A DNA stretch of 64,000 bases from Negativicutes bacterium (GCA_963665275.2 CAXXIN010000004.1:32001-96000); one strand, 5' to 3'. Counted from the first letter of the stretch, positions 1 through 10,705 are shown. Made by a program: numbers and translations. Notes: generated by a model not told the origin, from the sequence alone.

Positions 1-45
1 CGCCGATTCTGTGAAAAAAGAATCTATTTGATTCCAAAATCCCAT
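1..45 (-). CDS. 5' end of a CDS running off the window (MGFWNQIDSFFTESA...), product unknown
   Basis: GGAG RBS followed by ATG at 45, open to the window edge. Confidence 0.5.
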   Translation of the reverse strand, partial: MGFWNQIDSFFTESA

Positions 46-104
46 ATTATAGCTCCTGCCATATCTGATCGATTATCAGAGGATGAGTCTGCCAATCGGC
101 GTTA

Positions 105-518
105 CTATTCACCGATATATTTCACGTGCATTTTTTTGAGACACGTGTCCATCACAAACAACAATCCGGCATCAGCGGCAAGATCACCAGCAGTCTGATT
201 AACCACCTCTTCTTGGAGCCAAAGCACTTTGGCTCTGATTGCAATGGCATCGCGGGCGATCTCTTCGCAATCTTCCGAACGACGAAAAACATCGACAATA
301 TCGACTGGGCGACCGATTTCTTGCAAGGACTCAACGACGGGCCGCCCCAGGATCTCACCCCCGCCAGGTCTCACAGGAATTACGTCATAGCCATGCTCGA
401 TCAAATATTTACCAACTCGAAAGCTCGGCCGATCTTCTTGCGGTGACATCCCAACCACCGCAATCGTTTTCATCGCCAATACCGTACGCACCTTTTTCTC
501 AAAATCGGTACAATCCAA
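105..518 (-). CDS. CoA-binding protein (YccU family)
   Basis: TIAVVGMS...RPSF, VDIVDVFR, KVLWLQ and MDTC motifs; TTG at 518 after GGAG (ORF track starts at 545). Confidence 0.85.
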   Translation of the reverse strand: MDCTDFEKKVRTVLAMKTIAVVGMSPQEDRPSFRVGKYLIEHGYDVIPVRPGGGEILGRPVVESLQEIGRPVDIVDVFRRSEDCEEIARDAIAIRAKVLWLQEEVVNQTAGDLAADAGLLFVMDTCLKKMHVKYIGE

Positions 519-546
519 TTCTTCTCCACGTCTGCAGTCTTCCAAC

Positions 547-948
547 TCATAACCTCCTTATGCCACGCCGCATCGGACGCAGCGCAACCGGTGGTGCAAT
601 AATTTCCGCCCAGACGACTCCTAATGCAGCTCCATTGGCACCCCAAGTTTGCTCCTTAGATTGTTCTGCCACAAAGGGTTTTCCCTCTGACGCCAAGGAT
701 TCTGAAGGCATTCTCCAAAAGGGGTCCCCTTCGTCACCAGGCATGCCTTCTCCTGACATGGCCGGTACCGGCGGCGGCTTGAGACCGCGCGAAAGCTCTC
801 CGGGAATCCCTGCGGGTCCCGGCTCTCCCGGAGGCTGAGTTGGCGGAAACTCCGGATACTGATAAGGCTTCTTCGGTTTCAACCGTTTCAGAATCTCAGG
901 AATAACATACATAGCAATTAACGCAATGATTAATAACCCACTGTCCAT
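547..948 (-). CDS. hypothetical membrane-anchored Pro-rich protein (yqfB position)
   Basis: N-terminal TM helix; C-terminal GVVWAEIIAPPVALRP; lies directly after floA. Confidence 0.65.
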   Translation of the reverse strand: MDSGLLIIALIAMYVIPEILKRLKPKKPYQYPEFPPTQPPGEPGPAGIPGELSRGLKPPPVPAMSGEGMPGDEGDPFWRMPSESLASEGKPFVAEQSKEQTWGANGAALGVVWAEIIAPPVALRPMRRGIRRL

Positions 949-957
949 AATGAACGC

Positions 958-1956
958 CTAGCGCTTGGGTTCTTCGGGTTTGATCGGTACTGTGCCTGGT
1001 TTTGCAATATTTTCCCGCATACTGGTATCAGCCAGTACATTGTTCATCGTATAGTAATCCATAACGCCCAGTTTGCCTTCGCGCAATGCAAACGCCAGAG
1101 CCTGAGGTACTTCGGCCTGTGCTTCCACCACTTTTGCCTGCATTTCCTGTGTCCGGGCTTTCATCTCCTGTTCATGCGCTACCGCCATGGCCCGCCGTTC
1201 TTCAGCTTTGGCCTGGGCGACCCGTTTTTCAGCTTCTGCCTGTTCAGTCATCAATTGTGCGCCGATATTGCGACCCACATCGACATCGGCAATATCGATG
1301 GAGAGAATCTCAAAGGCCGTCCCTGCATCGAGTCCTTTGGCTAGAACCGTGCGCGAAATATGATCGGGGTTCTCCAGCACATCCTTGTGATCGATCGCTG
1401 AACCGACACTAGTTACGATCCCTTCACCAACACGGGCAATGATGGTCGCTTCGCCGGCGCCGCCAACCAAGCGGTCAATATTCGTCCGCACGGTCACACG
1501 CGCTTTAACTTTCAATTCGATGCCGTTTTTGGCCACTGCAGAGACCACCGGAGTCTCAATAACCCGCGGGATTACACTCATCTGGACTGCTTCCAGAACA
1601 TTCCGCCCAGCCAGGTCAATCGCGCAGGAGCGTTCAAGTGACAGAGGAATCTGCGCCCGGGCCGCCGCAATCATAGAATCAATCACGCGATCAACATTGC
1701 CGCCAGCAAGAAAATGGGCTTCGAGTTGATTCACGTTAACATCCAGCCCGGCTTTATTCGCTTTGATTAGGGGTAGCACGATCTGCGCAGGCGGAACCCG
1801 CCGCAACCGCATGCCAACCAATGTAAAGATTCCAACGCTGGATCCAGCGGCCGCCGCGGAAATCCACAATCCAATCGGCACAAAATGCAGGAACAGGCCC
1901 ACAACAACAAAAAATACCACCAACACAAACAAACTGCTAATCAAGGTAGTAACCAT
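958..1956 (-). CDS. floA: flotillin-like protein FloA (YqfA)
   Basis: [20 protein letters not shown] and [15 protein letters not shown] motifs; downstream of nfeD. Confidence 0.95.
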   Translation of the reverse strand: MVTTLISSLFVLVVFFVVVGLFLHFVPIGLWISAAAAGSSVGIFTLVGMRLRRVPPAQIVLPLIKANKAGLDVNVNQLEAHFLAGGNVDRVIDSMIAAARAQIPLSLERSCAIDLAGRNVLEAVQMSVIPRVIETPVVSAVAKNGIELKVKARVTVRTNIDRLVGGAGEATIIARVGEGIVTSVGSAIDHKDVLENPDHISRTVLAKGLDAGTAFEILSIDIADVDVGRNIGAQLMTEQAEAEKRVAQAKAEERRAMAVAHEQEMKARTQEMQAKVVEAQAEVPQALAFALREGKLGVMDYYTMNNVLADTSMRENIAKPGTVPIKPEEPKR

Positions 1957-1978
1957 TAATTCAGCCTCCTTCTTGTTT

Positions 1979-3291
1979 TCATTTCAATTCCTCGATGGCC
2001 CTCACAACAATACGGTTTCCATTTACACTAAGCACCCTGATACGGGCTCCCGGTTCGACAAAACGTCCTTCAGACACTACATCATAAACCATCCCGTCGA
2101 TCTCAACCGTCCCAGCCGGACGCAGGAACGTCAGCACAATACCCTCCTTGTCAGCCAAAGAGCTTAGATTAACGCTGGAAGTGTAGCCGCTGTCAGTCTT
2201 TTGTTCATCCTTCAATGTCAACCGATGCCAAAGTTTCGAAGTGGGCAGATATCTGAGCAGGACCAGGAAGCAACCGTTGCTGCGATCGTTCCGCCGGCCA
2301 TGATGTTCAGCGCGCCGATGCCCCCGCCCAACGTTAAAAATAAACTGAATAGAACGCAGGCAATGCCGGCGATGCCAAAAACTCCGAATCCTGGAATAAA
2401 TAATTCGATAGCCAACAAAATCAAGCCCGCAAGAAACAGCAAAACTTCCACCCAGGTTGCCACCCCCGTTATCCATTGAGTGCCGAAGAACAATGCCGTA
2501 GCCAGAATTCCAATCAAAGCCGCAACACCGGTTCCAGCAGTCTTGATTTCCGTCATAACCGCCAGGAAAATAATGCCCACCAAGGCTGATTTAACCAAAG
2601 GATCAGATAACCAGCCAGCGATTCTCTCAGCCCATCCAGCCTGAACCTCTATCACCGGGACGCCTTGCAGGCCATAATGGTTGAGCACCGCTGCCCGTTC
2701 CGGCGCCACAAGATCAGCATATCCGACTTCGACCGCCTGAACATCCGTCAGTGACAGAATCTTGCCGGGCGAAGCATATTGGCCGTACCCCAGTGTTTTA
2801 TCGACCATTGCTTCCGCCACTTTTGGGTTTCTGCCCATCTTAGCAGCCGTAGCTGCAAATTCAGCGCGAACTGCCGATACAGTTTTTTCCGTAGTCGGGA
2901 TCGGTTCCGCAGCCCCCATTGATCCACCAGGCGCCATGACAATATGCTGGTGTGAAATGGCGATCAATGCTCCCGCAGACCACGCCCGGTTTTTAACATA
3001 ACAAATGGTACGCAGCTTCGAATCGCTGATCATGTCGCGAATCTTCACGGCCGCATCCACCTGACCGCCGAAAGTCTCGATTTCAACGAGCAAGGTTCCT
3101 GCATTCTTATCCGCCGCTTCACCAAGAGCCTTGTAGACCAATGCGGTCTGTCCGGCATCAATTTCCCCCTGGATCGATACCACCACCACCGGGGAGGAAT
3201 CTGCAGCCGTTGCAGGCAAAGGGATCAGGACCGAAAAAAGGACAAACAGAAGCAGCGTAAAATAGTGCATACTGGAAAGTTTTCGACCCAC
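1979..3291 (-). pseudogene. NfeD-family membrane serine protease (YqeZ) split by a 1-nt frameshift near 2268
   Basis: ClpP-like domain (TFGG, AWSAGALIA) and TM region in ORF 2218..3321; C-terminal OB domain (LRPAGTVEIDG...VVR) in the other frame, ORF 1979..2476; may be a sequencing error. Confidence 0.85.
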
Positions 3292-3324
3292 GTTACCGCC
3301 CCTTCCAAAACCCTTTCTCATTAG

Positions 3325-3353
3325 TATTCGCCATCCCAGCCAACATTCCTTTT
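3325..3353 (-). promoter_or_regulatory. SigH-like promoter for nfeD-floA
   Basis: AAAGGAATG...GGCGAATA (AGGA-N17-GAAT), just downstream of the yqeY terminator. Confidence 0.5.
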
Positions 3354-3374
3354 GAATAGACCTGATGAGATATG

Positions 3375-3407
3375 AAAAAAGCCGGCGTTTTCAAAACGCC
3401 GGCTTTT
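3375..3407 (-). terminator. intrinsic terminator after yqeY (possibly bidirectional)
   Basis: AAAAGCCGGCGTTTT-C-AAAACGCCGGCTTTT inverted repeat with T tract. Confidence 0.9.
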
Positions 3408-3432
3408 CAGATCGAAAAACACATCTTGCTAT

Positions 3433-3882
3433 TTAACTTAGCATTTCTTTGACGACTGAGTTAACTAGTTTCCCGTCCGCCCGACCTTTAACCTTTGGCA
3501 TTAGGATAGCCATGACTTTCCCCATGTCTTTGGGAGTGCTGGCATGCGCTTCGGCGACCGCTTCCGCCACCAAGGCCCGGACTTCCGACTCGCCCATTTG
3601 TTCCGGCAAATACTGCATCAAGATTGCGATTTCCTGCTCCAAAGTTGCAAGCAATTCTGGGCGATCTGCTTTACGGAACTCTTCCAGAGAATCCTTCCGC
3701 ATCTTGACTTCTTTAGCCACCACGTCGAGCAGTTCGTTGTCATCGAGTTCCTTGTGCCGATCGATTTCAAGATACTTAGCCGCCGAACGGACCATACGAA
3801 TTACAGACAGCTTGAGCTTGCCTGCCTCCTTGTCCTTCATCGCCTGCTTCATGTCTTCTGTCAATCGGTCCCTGAGTGTCAT
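3433..3882 (-). CDS. yqeY: GatB/YqeY domain protein
   Basis: DMKQAMK, YLPEQM and KDMGKVM...KGRADG motifs; follows rpsU. Confidence 0.93.
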   Translation of the reverse strand: MTLRDRLTEDMKQAMKDKEAGKLKLSVIRMVRSAAKYLEIDRHKELDDNELLDVVAKEVKMRKDSLEEFRKADRPELLATLEQEIAILMQYLPEQMGESEVRALVAEAVAEAHASTPKDMGKVMAILMPKVKGRADGKLVNSVVKEMLS

Positions 3883-3898
3883 CGCTGGTTCCTCCGAA

Positions 3899-4075
3899 TC
3901 ACTTGAACTTCCGTTTGCGTGCAGCTTCAGACTTCTTCTTCTTCTTCACGCTCGGCTTATCATAGTGCTCGTGTTTGCGTACATCAGCCAATACCCCGGA
4001 TTTCTGACAGGAGCGTTTGAACCGGCGCAGCGCGCTATCCAGTGTTTCATTTTTTCCAACATAGACTTCCGACAA
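3899..4075 (-). CDS. rpsU: 30S ribosomal protein S21
   Basis: [12 protein letters not shown]...[21 protein letters not shown]; TTG start at 4075 after GGAGG. Confidence 0.97.
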   Translation of the reverse strand: MSEVYVGKNETLDSALRRFKRSCQKSGVLADVRKHEHYDKPSVKKKKKSEAARKRKFK

Positions 4076-4133
4076 TTGTTCTCCCTCCCTCCACATCAGC
4101 CTTCGGGGGGTGTAACTATTTCTTACCAGCAGA

Positions 4134-4163
4134 ATTATACACGACAAAGGCAGTACTTGTCAA
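4134..4163 (-). promoter_or_regulatory. sigma-A promoter of rpsU
   Basis: perfect TTGACA-N18-TATAAT. Confidence 0.85.
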
Positions 4164-4197
4164 ATGAAAGCTGATAATTATGAGGAGGTCAGCCCCT

Positions 4198-4476
4198 ATG
4201 AGGCATACAGCACCGCGGCAATCGGCAGATCAGCTTTGGAAAAGTCTCATTTGCAAAGCACCTCGCGAATTTCTCACGACAGGCAGTTCGACGGTGTTTC
4301 TCCCTGTTCGGGCTTCCCGCACGAGAACTCCCATTTTAACGCAAGCTTATCCACGGCTACCCGCTGGAAATCAATATTTTTTCTACCCAACATCGAATTT
4401 ATGTGTGCAGTTTCGCCTCATCACACAGAAGCCGCCACGCAGCGCTCCCCATGCCGAGCATCTTTGTTTGCACTGA
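4198..4476 (+). CDS. possible small hypothetical protein (92 aa)
   Basis: GAGGAGG RBS 9 nt before ATG; fills the gap and ends 1 nt from the gcvPB stop; no recognisable motif. Confidence 0.35.
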   Translation: MRHTAPRQSADQLWKSLICKAPREFLTTGSSTVFLPVRASRTRTPILTQAYPRLPAGNQYFFYPTSNLCVQFRLITQKPPRSAPHAEHLCLH

Positions 4477-4477
4477 C

Positions 4478-5935
4478 TTATACAGGCTTCCATCGCAGAT
4501 TGGGTTTGCGGGCTGCCGTAGCCTCATCCAGCCGCCCCACTACCGTTGTGGACGGTGCCTGTTTGATCAGGTCGGGATTCGTTGTTGCTTCTTCAGCAAT
4601 CTGCCGCATGATGGCAATGAAAGTATCGAGAGTCTCCAGACTTTCCGTCTCCGTCGGCTCGATCATCAGCGCCTCCTCCACAATCAACGGAAAATAGATG
4701 GTTGGCGGATGGACTCCATAGTCTAGCAAACGCTTCGCAATATCCAGGGTTTTGATACCTTGAGGGTTTTGTTTTTTCGACGTGAGAACACATTCGTGCA
4801 TGCAGTAGCGGTCAAATGGCGCATGATATACTTCCCGCAGCCGAGCTAGGCAGTAGTTGGCATTGAGTACCGCATCCTCGCTCGCCTGCCGCAGTCCCGC
4901 CGCCCCCATTGAAAGGATGTACGCATAAGCCCGGATGAGCACGCCAAAATTGCCGTAAAAGACATGCATGCGGCCGATCGAGAGCGGCCTCTGCGTATCG
5001 AAGCAATATAGGCCCTCTTCATTTTGCACAACGACCGGAATCGGCAGGAAAGGTTCGAGGATTTTTTTAACTCCCACCGGTCCCGCTCCCGGCCCGCCGC
5101 CGCCATGCGGCGTACTGAACGTTTTGTGCAGGTTGAAGTGCACCACGTCGAACCCCATATCACCCGGCCTTGTCAGCCCCATAATGGCGTTGGCGTTAGC
5201 GCCGTCGTAGTACACCAATCCTCCTGCGGCGTGCACGATTTCTGTCACCGCGCAGATATTCTTTTCAAACAAACCAAGCGTACTGGGATTAGTCAGCATC
5301 AAAGCCGCCGTATTGGGTCCCACGACAGCCCGCAAGGCTTCCAGATCGATCGCTCCGTCCGGATGCGACTTGATCTCCACAACCTCCATCCCACAAACGG
5401 TTACAGAGGCTGGATTGGTCCCGTGAGCGGAGTCAGGCACGATGACCTGCGTCCGATTTTGTCCGTGATGCCGGTGATAGGCTCTGATCAGCTTCAGCCC
5501 CGTGAGTTCTCCATGCGCACCGGCAGCCGGCTGCAAAGTGACTGCATCCATCCCTCCTATTTCAGACAGCATCGTCTGCAAATCAAACATCAGCTTTAAA
5601 GCGCCCTGTGTATCCCGCACATCTTCCAGGGGGTGCAGACCAGCCAGTCCCGGCAGAGCCGCAACATCCTCGTTGATTTTCGGATTGTACTTCATGGTGC
5701 AGGAACCGAGGGGATAAAAGCCGGAATCCACCCCAAACGTCCGCTGGGACAATTCGGTAAAGTGGCGTACCAAGTCAAGTTGACTGACTTCCGGCAAGTC
5801 TGCCGGATCCTTTCGCAAGAAAGCGGCAGGAATCAAGGAAGACAAGGTTTCCACCGGCACGTCCGAGACAGGCAGATCGACCGCCCGGCGACCAGAACGA
5901 CTTCGTTCAAAGATCAAGGCTGCAGAACGTCTCAT
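4478..5935 (-). CDS. gcvPB: glycine dehydrogenase (decarboxylating) subunit 2
   Basis: [21 protein letters not shown] and [16 protein letters not shown] (PLP lysine) motifs. Confidence 0.97.
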   Translation of the reverse strand: MRRSAALIFERSRSGRRAVDLPVSDVPVETLSSLIPAAFLRKDPADLPEVSQLDLVRHFTELSQRTFGVDSGFYPLGSCTMKYNPKINEDVAALPGLAGLHPLEDVRDTQGALKLMFDLQTMLSEIGGMDAVTLQPAAGAHGELTGLKLIRAYHRHHGQNRTQVIVPDSAHGTNPASVTVCGMEVVEIKSHPDGAIDLEALRAVVGPNTAALMLTNPSTLGLFEKNICAVTEIVHAAGGLVYYDGANANAIMGLTRPGDMGFDVVHFNLHKTFSTPHGGGGPGAGPVGVKKILEPFLPIPVVVQNEEGLYCFDTQRPLSIGRMHVFYGNFGVLIRAYAYILSMGAAGLRQASEDAVLNANYCLARLREVYHAPFDRYCMHECVLTSKKQNPQGIKTLDIAKRLLDYGVHPPTIYFPLIVEEALMIEPTETESLETLDTFIAIMRQIAEEATTNPDLIKQAPSTTVVGRLDEATAARKPNLRWKPV

Positions 5936-7284
5936 GCCGACACCTCCTTCAATAAGCCTGCCAACAGTTCAATTTCGTCGCGGGTTCGTTTTTCTGTCAC
6001 TGCAGTCAGCATGCAACCCTCAAGTTCGGGATAGTATTTGCCGAGATCCAGTCCGGCCACAACCCCCGCCTCTCGCAACTCAGTGTTCAGTTCTGAAGGC
6101 GAAATCGGACAACGGACAACAAATTCATTGAAGAACGGCTGTGAAAAAACCGGCTCGAACCCCGGCACGTCCAAGATTGTTTTTCGCGCAAAATATGCTT
6201 TTTGCAGACATAACTCCGACACCTGCCGGATCCCCTGTCGCCCCAGCGCGGACAGGTACACCACCACCGCCAGAGAGCAAAGAGCTTCGTTGGAACAGAT
6301 ATTGGAAGTGGCCTTGTCTCTGCGGATATGCTGCTCTCGTGCTTGGATCGTTAGAACGAATCCTCTCGTTCCCTCATGATCGACGGTCTGCCCGACGATA
6401 CGTCCCGGCGTGCGCCGCAGCCATTTGTCCCTTGTCGCCAAAAAACCGATATAGGGTCCGCCGAAAGATACCGGCAAACCCATCGCCTGCCCTTCCCCCA
6501 CAACGATATCCGCGCCGAGGACGCCGGGCGATTCGAGCACACCAAGAGAGATCGGATTGACGGCTGCGATGAACAACGCCCCCCCTGCTTGCGCGTTCCG
6601 AGCAAGCTGCCTCAAATCTTCGATGCAACCAAAGAAATTCGGACTCTGGCAGATGACCGCCGCTGTTTTATCATTGACTTGAGACGCCAGGACTTCAGGA
6701 GAAGTCACGCCATCCAAATATTCGACCGTCCGAATTGTTATGTCGCGATCCCGTGCGTAGGTTACCAGCACATCTCGCCAGTGCGGATGAACAGTGTTGG
6801 AAATCAGGATTTCATTGCGTCCGGTGATACTGCAGGCCATCATGGCTGCCTCCGCCATGGCTGTCGAACCATCATAAAGCGAGGTCACCGCCATCTCCAT
6901 ACCGGTTAGCAGGCAGATCAGGCTTTGATACTCCCACAGCGCCTGCAAATACCCCTGTGATATTTCCGGCTGATACTGAGTATAAGCGGTCAGAAACTCG
7001 GACCGGCCGACAATGTGCTTCACCACACTGGGCACGTAATGATCATACGCTCCGGCGCCAAGAAAATAAAGAGATTCCTCAAAATCCCTGTCCTGCAGCG
7101 CCAGTTCCTGAATATGCGATTTCAGATCCATTTCGGACAAGGCAGGCGGCAAGTTCAGCGGTCGCGTCATCCGCACATCGGCCGGAATATCCACGAATAG
7201 CTCTTCCACCGATTTGACGCCGATCGCATCGAGCATCGCGCGCCGATCCTCCTCCGTATGGGGAAGATAGCTCCACTCGTTCAC
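5932..7284 (-). CDS. gcvPA: glycine dehydrogenase (decarboxylating) subunit 1
   Basis: [20 protein letters not shown] and [17 protein letters not shown] motifs; GTG at 7284 after GGAGG. Confidence 0.97.
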   Translation of the reverse strand: MNEWSYLPHTEEDRRAMLDAIGVKSVEELFVDIPADVRMTRPLNLPPALSEMDLKSHIQELALQDRDFEESLYFLGAGAYDHYVPSVVKHIVGRSEFLTAYTQYQPEISQGYLQALWEYQSLICLLTGMEMAVTSLYDGSTAMAEAAMMACSITGRNEILISNTVHPHWRDVLVTYARDRDITIRTVEYLDGVTSPEVLASQVNDKTAAVICQSPNFFGCIEDLRQLARNAQAGGALFIAAVNPISLGVLESPGVLGADIVVGEGQAMGLPVSFGGPYIGFLATRDKWLRRTPGRIVGQTVDHEGTRGFVLTIQAREQHIRRDKATSNICSNEALCSLAVVVYLSALGRQGIRQVSELCLQKAYFARKTILDVPGFEPVFSQPFFNEFVVRCPISPSELNTELREAGVVAGLDLGKYYPELEGCMLTAVTEKRTRDEIELLAGLLKEVSA

Positions 7285-7285
7285 G

Positions 7286-7675
7286 TCAATGTCCTCCCTT
7301 CGCCACAAGTGCAGCGTAGGCTTCGCTGTCCATCAACCCTTCCGCGCCTGTTCCCTCCGCCATCTCAATGACTGCGATCCACCCCTTCCCAAAAGGATCC
7401 TGGTTGACCGTTTCCGGCGCATCATTGAGCGCCTCGTTGACTTCGACTACAGTCCCGCCAAGAGGCGCGAAAATATCCGACACCGCTTTCACCGATTCCA
7501 CGACAGAAAAACGCTTGCCTGCAGTGATCGTTGCGCCGACCGCAGGCAATTCGACGAATACGATATCCCCCAGCTGCGATTGCGCGAAATCTGTGATCCC
7601 TACCACAGCCCTGCGGCCACTGATCCGGACCCACTCATGCTCTTTGGAATACTTCAAATCTGTTGGAAATTGCAT
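7286..7675 (-). CDS. gcvH: glycine cleavage system H protein
   Basis: KEHEWV, GITDFAQSQLGDIVFVELP and VESVKAVSD (lipoyl Lys) motifs. Confidence 0.97.
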   Translation of the reverse strand: MQFPTDLKYSKEHEWVRISGRRAVVGITDFAQSQLGDIVFVELPAVGATITAGKRFSVVESVKAVSDIFAPLGGTVVEVNEALNDAPETVNQDPFGKGWIAVIEMAEGTGAEGLMDSEAYAALVAKGGH

Positions 7676-7678
7676 TTT

Positions 7679-8779
7679 TCATTTCCCCCTTTTATAAAAT
7701 GGCCTACTGATGGTTTTTGCCCTAACGGATTTTTCCCTGATTTCAATGTCAATCTCGGTTCCCACTGGTCCAACATCGGCTCTGACGAGCGCCATACCCA
7801 GGTTTTTTCCCAAGGTCGGAGCCATTGTGCCAGAAGTAACGTGTCCAATATTTTCACCATTTTTAAGCACTGGATAACCCGCCCGGGCTATTCCTCGGTC
7901 CGTCATCTCAAAACCGACCAGTTTTCGTTTCAGCCCCTGCTCTTTTTGCGCCAGCAAAACATCCCGTCCGTTAAACGCTCCCTTTTCAAAAGAAACAAAT
8001 CGCGTCAGGCCCGCTTCCAGCGGTGAAATTTCGGCTGTCAACTCGTGACCGTACAATGGCATCGATGCTTCAAAGCGTAACGTATCGCGACACCCAAGGC
8101 CTGTCGGTTGAAGTCCCTTCGTTTTCCCTGCTTCGAGCAGCACATCCCAGACCTTTTCGGCATCCACGGGACGACAATAGATTTCGAAGCCATCTTCACC
8201 AGTATAACCGGTTCGCGACACCAATACCGGCATATCGGCGAGCATCACCTGCGGTAAAAATTCATAGTAACCAAGCTCAGTCACACTACTGCCTGCCAGT
8301 CCTTCCAGTATCGCCGCAGCCGCCGGGCCCTGCAAAGCAACTTCTGCAGTCTGGTCGGACTCATCAGAAATGGCAACCGCCAATCCCGAACTATTTTCAA
8401 GAATCCACGCCAGGTCTTTATCTTTGTTCGATGCGTTAACAACCAACAGATATTCATTTTCCGAAAAACGATAGGACAACACGTCGTCAACCGTTCCTCC
8501 AGTTGGATAACAAATTGGTGAATATCGAACGTCACCGTCTTGCATCCCTGCCAGCGTATTCGTCAAAACCTTTTGCAGAAAATCAAAAGCATCCGGTCCC
8601 TTCACCCGAATTTCCCCCATATGGGACACATCGAACAGCCCGGCTTGTTCACGCACAGCGCGGTGTTCCTCCAAAATTCCGGCATATTGCACCGGTAGCC
8701 ACCAACCGGCAAAATCCACCACCCTGGCCCCCAAACTCACATGTTTCTCATACAACGGGGTTTTGCGTGGGTCATTCAT
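7679..8779 (-). CDS. gcvT: glycine cleavage system aminomethyltransferase T
   Basis: GLFDVSHMGE, SRTGYTGEDGFE and GLGCRDTLRFEA motifs. Confidence 0.97.
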   Translation of the reverse strand: MNDPRKTPLYEKHVSLGARVVDFAGWWLPVQYAGILEEHRAVREQAGLFDVSHMGEIRVKGPDAFDFLQKVLTNTLAGMQDGDVRYSPICYPTGGTVDDVLSYRFSENEYLLVVNASNKDKDLAWILENSSGLAVAISDESDQTAEVALQGPAAAAILEGLAGSSVTELGYYEFLPQVMLADMPVLVSRTGYTGEDGFEIYCRPVDAEKVWDVLLEAGKTKGLQPTGLGCRDTLRFEASMPLYGHELTAEISPLEAGLTRFVSFEKGAFNGRDVLLAQKEQGLKRKLVGFEMTDRGIARAGYPVLKNGENIGHVTSGTMAPTLGKNLGMALVRADVGPVGTEIDIEIREKSVRAKTISRPFYKRGK

Positions 8780-8805
8780 CTCATGCGCCTCCCTTTCACA
8801 GCAAT

Positions 8806-8840
8806 AAAAAAAGACAGGAAAGAAGCCTTCTTTCCTGTCT
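8806..8840 (-). terminator. riboswitch-controlled terminator (expression platform)
   Basis: AGACAGGAAAGAAG/CTTCTTTCCTGTCT stem plus T7, overlapping the 3' end of aptamer 2. Confidence 0.85.
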
Positions 8841-9018
8841 CTGTCTCATCTACCTGAGAGATTGGCCCGTAGGCTCCCCTTCGGTGACGCACGCCTTCGC
8901 TGGCTGCGTTCTCTCCAGAGTCTGGTCCGGCTGCGGTTCTTTTGCCTGAGAGTTTGCCAGGTCAGCCTGCCCCTTCGGCGCCGCTTCGAGAGCGACCTCT
9001 TCCACAACCATCATTCCC
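8836..9018 (-). ncRNA. tandem glycine riboswitch
   Basis: two aptamers: GGAAGAG..CGCCGAAGG..AACTCTCAGGC and CTCTGGAGAG..CACCGAAGG..ATCTCTCAGGT..GACAGAG; directly upstream of gcvT. Confidence 0.95.
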
Positions 9019-9038
9019 CGTTATTCAGTTCGATCCAT

Positions 9039-9055
9039 TGCCATTTTTCTGCCTA
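9039..9055 (-). promoter_or_regulatory. candidate sigma-54 promoter for the gcv operon
   Basis: TAGGCAGAAAAATGGCA, GG-N10-GC spacing with imperfect flanks, just 5' of the riboswitch. Confidence 0.4.
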
Positions 9056-9099
9056 TGTTATTGTTATTCGGAGTCAGAACAGATATTCCTGCTAATTGT

Positions 9100-10662
9100 T
9101 CAGGATTTTCGTGGAAACAGAATACCATACTTTTTCAGTTTCTTCAACGCCGCTGTGTGCGACAATCCGAGAGCAGCTCCCAATTTTCGGGAGGAACTAT
9201 GCTGTTGAACCGCTTGCAAAAGCGCCTCCCGCTCCGTTTCGGCCACAGCGTCCTCTAAACTAACCTGTACGCTGCGTCGAATCGAAACCGGAGCATTCGC
9301 TGCAGAACCCTGGACCAATACGTGATGCGCGAGGATCATCGGCCCCTCCATAAGGTTTACCGCACGTTCCAGAATGTTTTCAAGTTCACGGATATTTCCT
9401 GGCCAAGAATAACGGATCAATTTGGCCATTGCGTCTTCTCCCAAAGCAGGTACCGGTTTTTTCATCCTGGCTGCAAAGCGCTGCAAAAACAGCTCCGCCA
9501 AAAGCGGAATATCATCAGGTCGTTCCCGCAGCGGCGGCAAAAATAGCGGAATAACATTCAACCGGTAGTACAGGTCGTCGCGAAACATCCCCTGTGCCAT
9601 GAGCTCTTCCAAGTTCCGGTGAGTCGCCGCCATTACACGCACGTCAACTTCGATCTCCTTGGTTCCTCCCACTCGTCGCAGTTTGCCGTCCTGCAGCACA
9701 CGCAGTAATTTCGCCTGCAACGGGGGCGACAACTCCGCTACCTCATCGAGAAGGATTGTCCCGCCTGTGGCATACTCGAACAGTCCTTTTTTCCCGCCCC
9801 TGGCCGCACCGGAGAACGCACCTTCTTCGTAACCGAACAATTCGCTCTCGAGCAGATGGTCGGGTATCGCCGCGCAGTTGATCGGCACAAACATTCGCGT
9901 GGCCCGCGGCGAAGCTTCGTGGATCGCCCTGGCGAACATTTCCTTCCCCGTGCCTGTTTCACCTCGCAGCAGCACGGTAGATTCGCCTCTTGCAATCGTT
10001 TTGGCCATGGCGATTGCCCGCTTCATAACTGTACTTTCGTGCCGTATTCGTTCGAACGCCGCCGGCATTTGTCCCGTCACCGACTGCACCAATTCCCTCA
10101 CCTCGCTGATATCTTTCAATACAGCCACGGCGCCGATGATTCGACCCGCAGGATCGAAAATAGGCCGCCCGCTCGTCAGATAGTGGCTCTTGGTTTGTTC
10201 GTGTGCAGTTTCCTGATTATTGTAGGAAATACCGCTGCGAAGCGTTTCCAGCAAAGGCATTTCCTCGGGCAGGCACTCCGTCAACAAATGCCCCAGGACC
10301 CTATCCCTGGACAAGTGCAGAATCTGCTCCGCCGCCGGATTATACTGTGTCACCAGGCCTGATGAGTCGATAGCCACGATTCCATCACTGACTGCCATCA
10401 TGACTGCCTTCAGTTGCTCAGCGCGAACTTGATGCGGCATCAAATCGACCGTCACAACTTCAATAATTTGTGGAATGGAAAGCAGAGCCTCCTCCACCTC
10501 ACGCCGGACCTTTTCAGGCATTGCTTCCAGCTCCAGATAGGTGATGTTAGGCTCTACTTCCATTGAAATGATATTTATCCGCCGGGTCACCAGCGTGTGC
10601 GAAATGTCCAGCACCAGCCCGACCCGGTCAATATTTGGCAGTTTCAGCCGGATTGTTTCCAT
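9100..10662 (-). CDS. TyrR/PhhR/GcsR-like sigma-54 enhancer-binding protein (ACT-PAS-AAA+-HTH)
   Basis: ACT DRVGLVLDI, PAS, GETGTGKE, ESELFG, GAFSGA, YSWPGNIREL and TyrR-type HTH SSRKLGAALGLSHT; ATG at 10662 after GGAGG. Confidence 0.92.
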   Translation of the reverse strand: METIRLKLPNIDRVGLVLDISHTLVTRRINIISMEVEPNITYLELEAMPEKVRREVEEALLSIPQIIEVVTVDLMPHQVRAEQLKAVMMAVSDGIVAIDSSGLVTQYNPAAEQILHLSRDRVLGHLLTECLPEEMPLLETLRSGISYNNQETAHEQTKSHYLTSGRPIFDPAGRIIGAVAVLKDISEVRELVQSVTGQMPAAFERIRHESTVMKRAIAMAKTIARGESTVLLRGETGTGKEMFARAIHEASPRATRMFVPINCAAIPDHLLESELFGYEEGAFSGAARGGKKGLFEYATGGTILLDEVAELSPPLQAKLLRVLQDGKLRRVGGTKEIEVDVRVMAATHRNLEELMAQGMFRDDLYYRLNVIPLFLPPLRERPDDIPLLAELFLQRFAARMKKPVPALGEDAMAKLIRYSWPGNIRELENILERAVNLMEGPMILAHHVLVQGSAANAPVSIRRSVQVSLEDAVAETEREALLQAVQQHSSSRKLGAALGLSHTAALKKLKKYGILFPRKS

Positions 10663-10705
10663 GCAAAGCGCCTCCTGTAACAAGTGGCGCATCGGCATCC
10701 TTTTT

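Noticed and set aside
3449-4174. Long plus-strand ORFs such as 3449..4174, 7289..8026, 10862..11533, 11933..12664, 47439..48077 and 62470..63213
   Set aside because: Antisense shadows of well-supported minus-strand genes, with no motifs or RBS.
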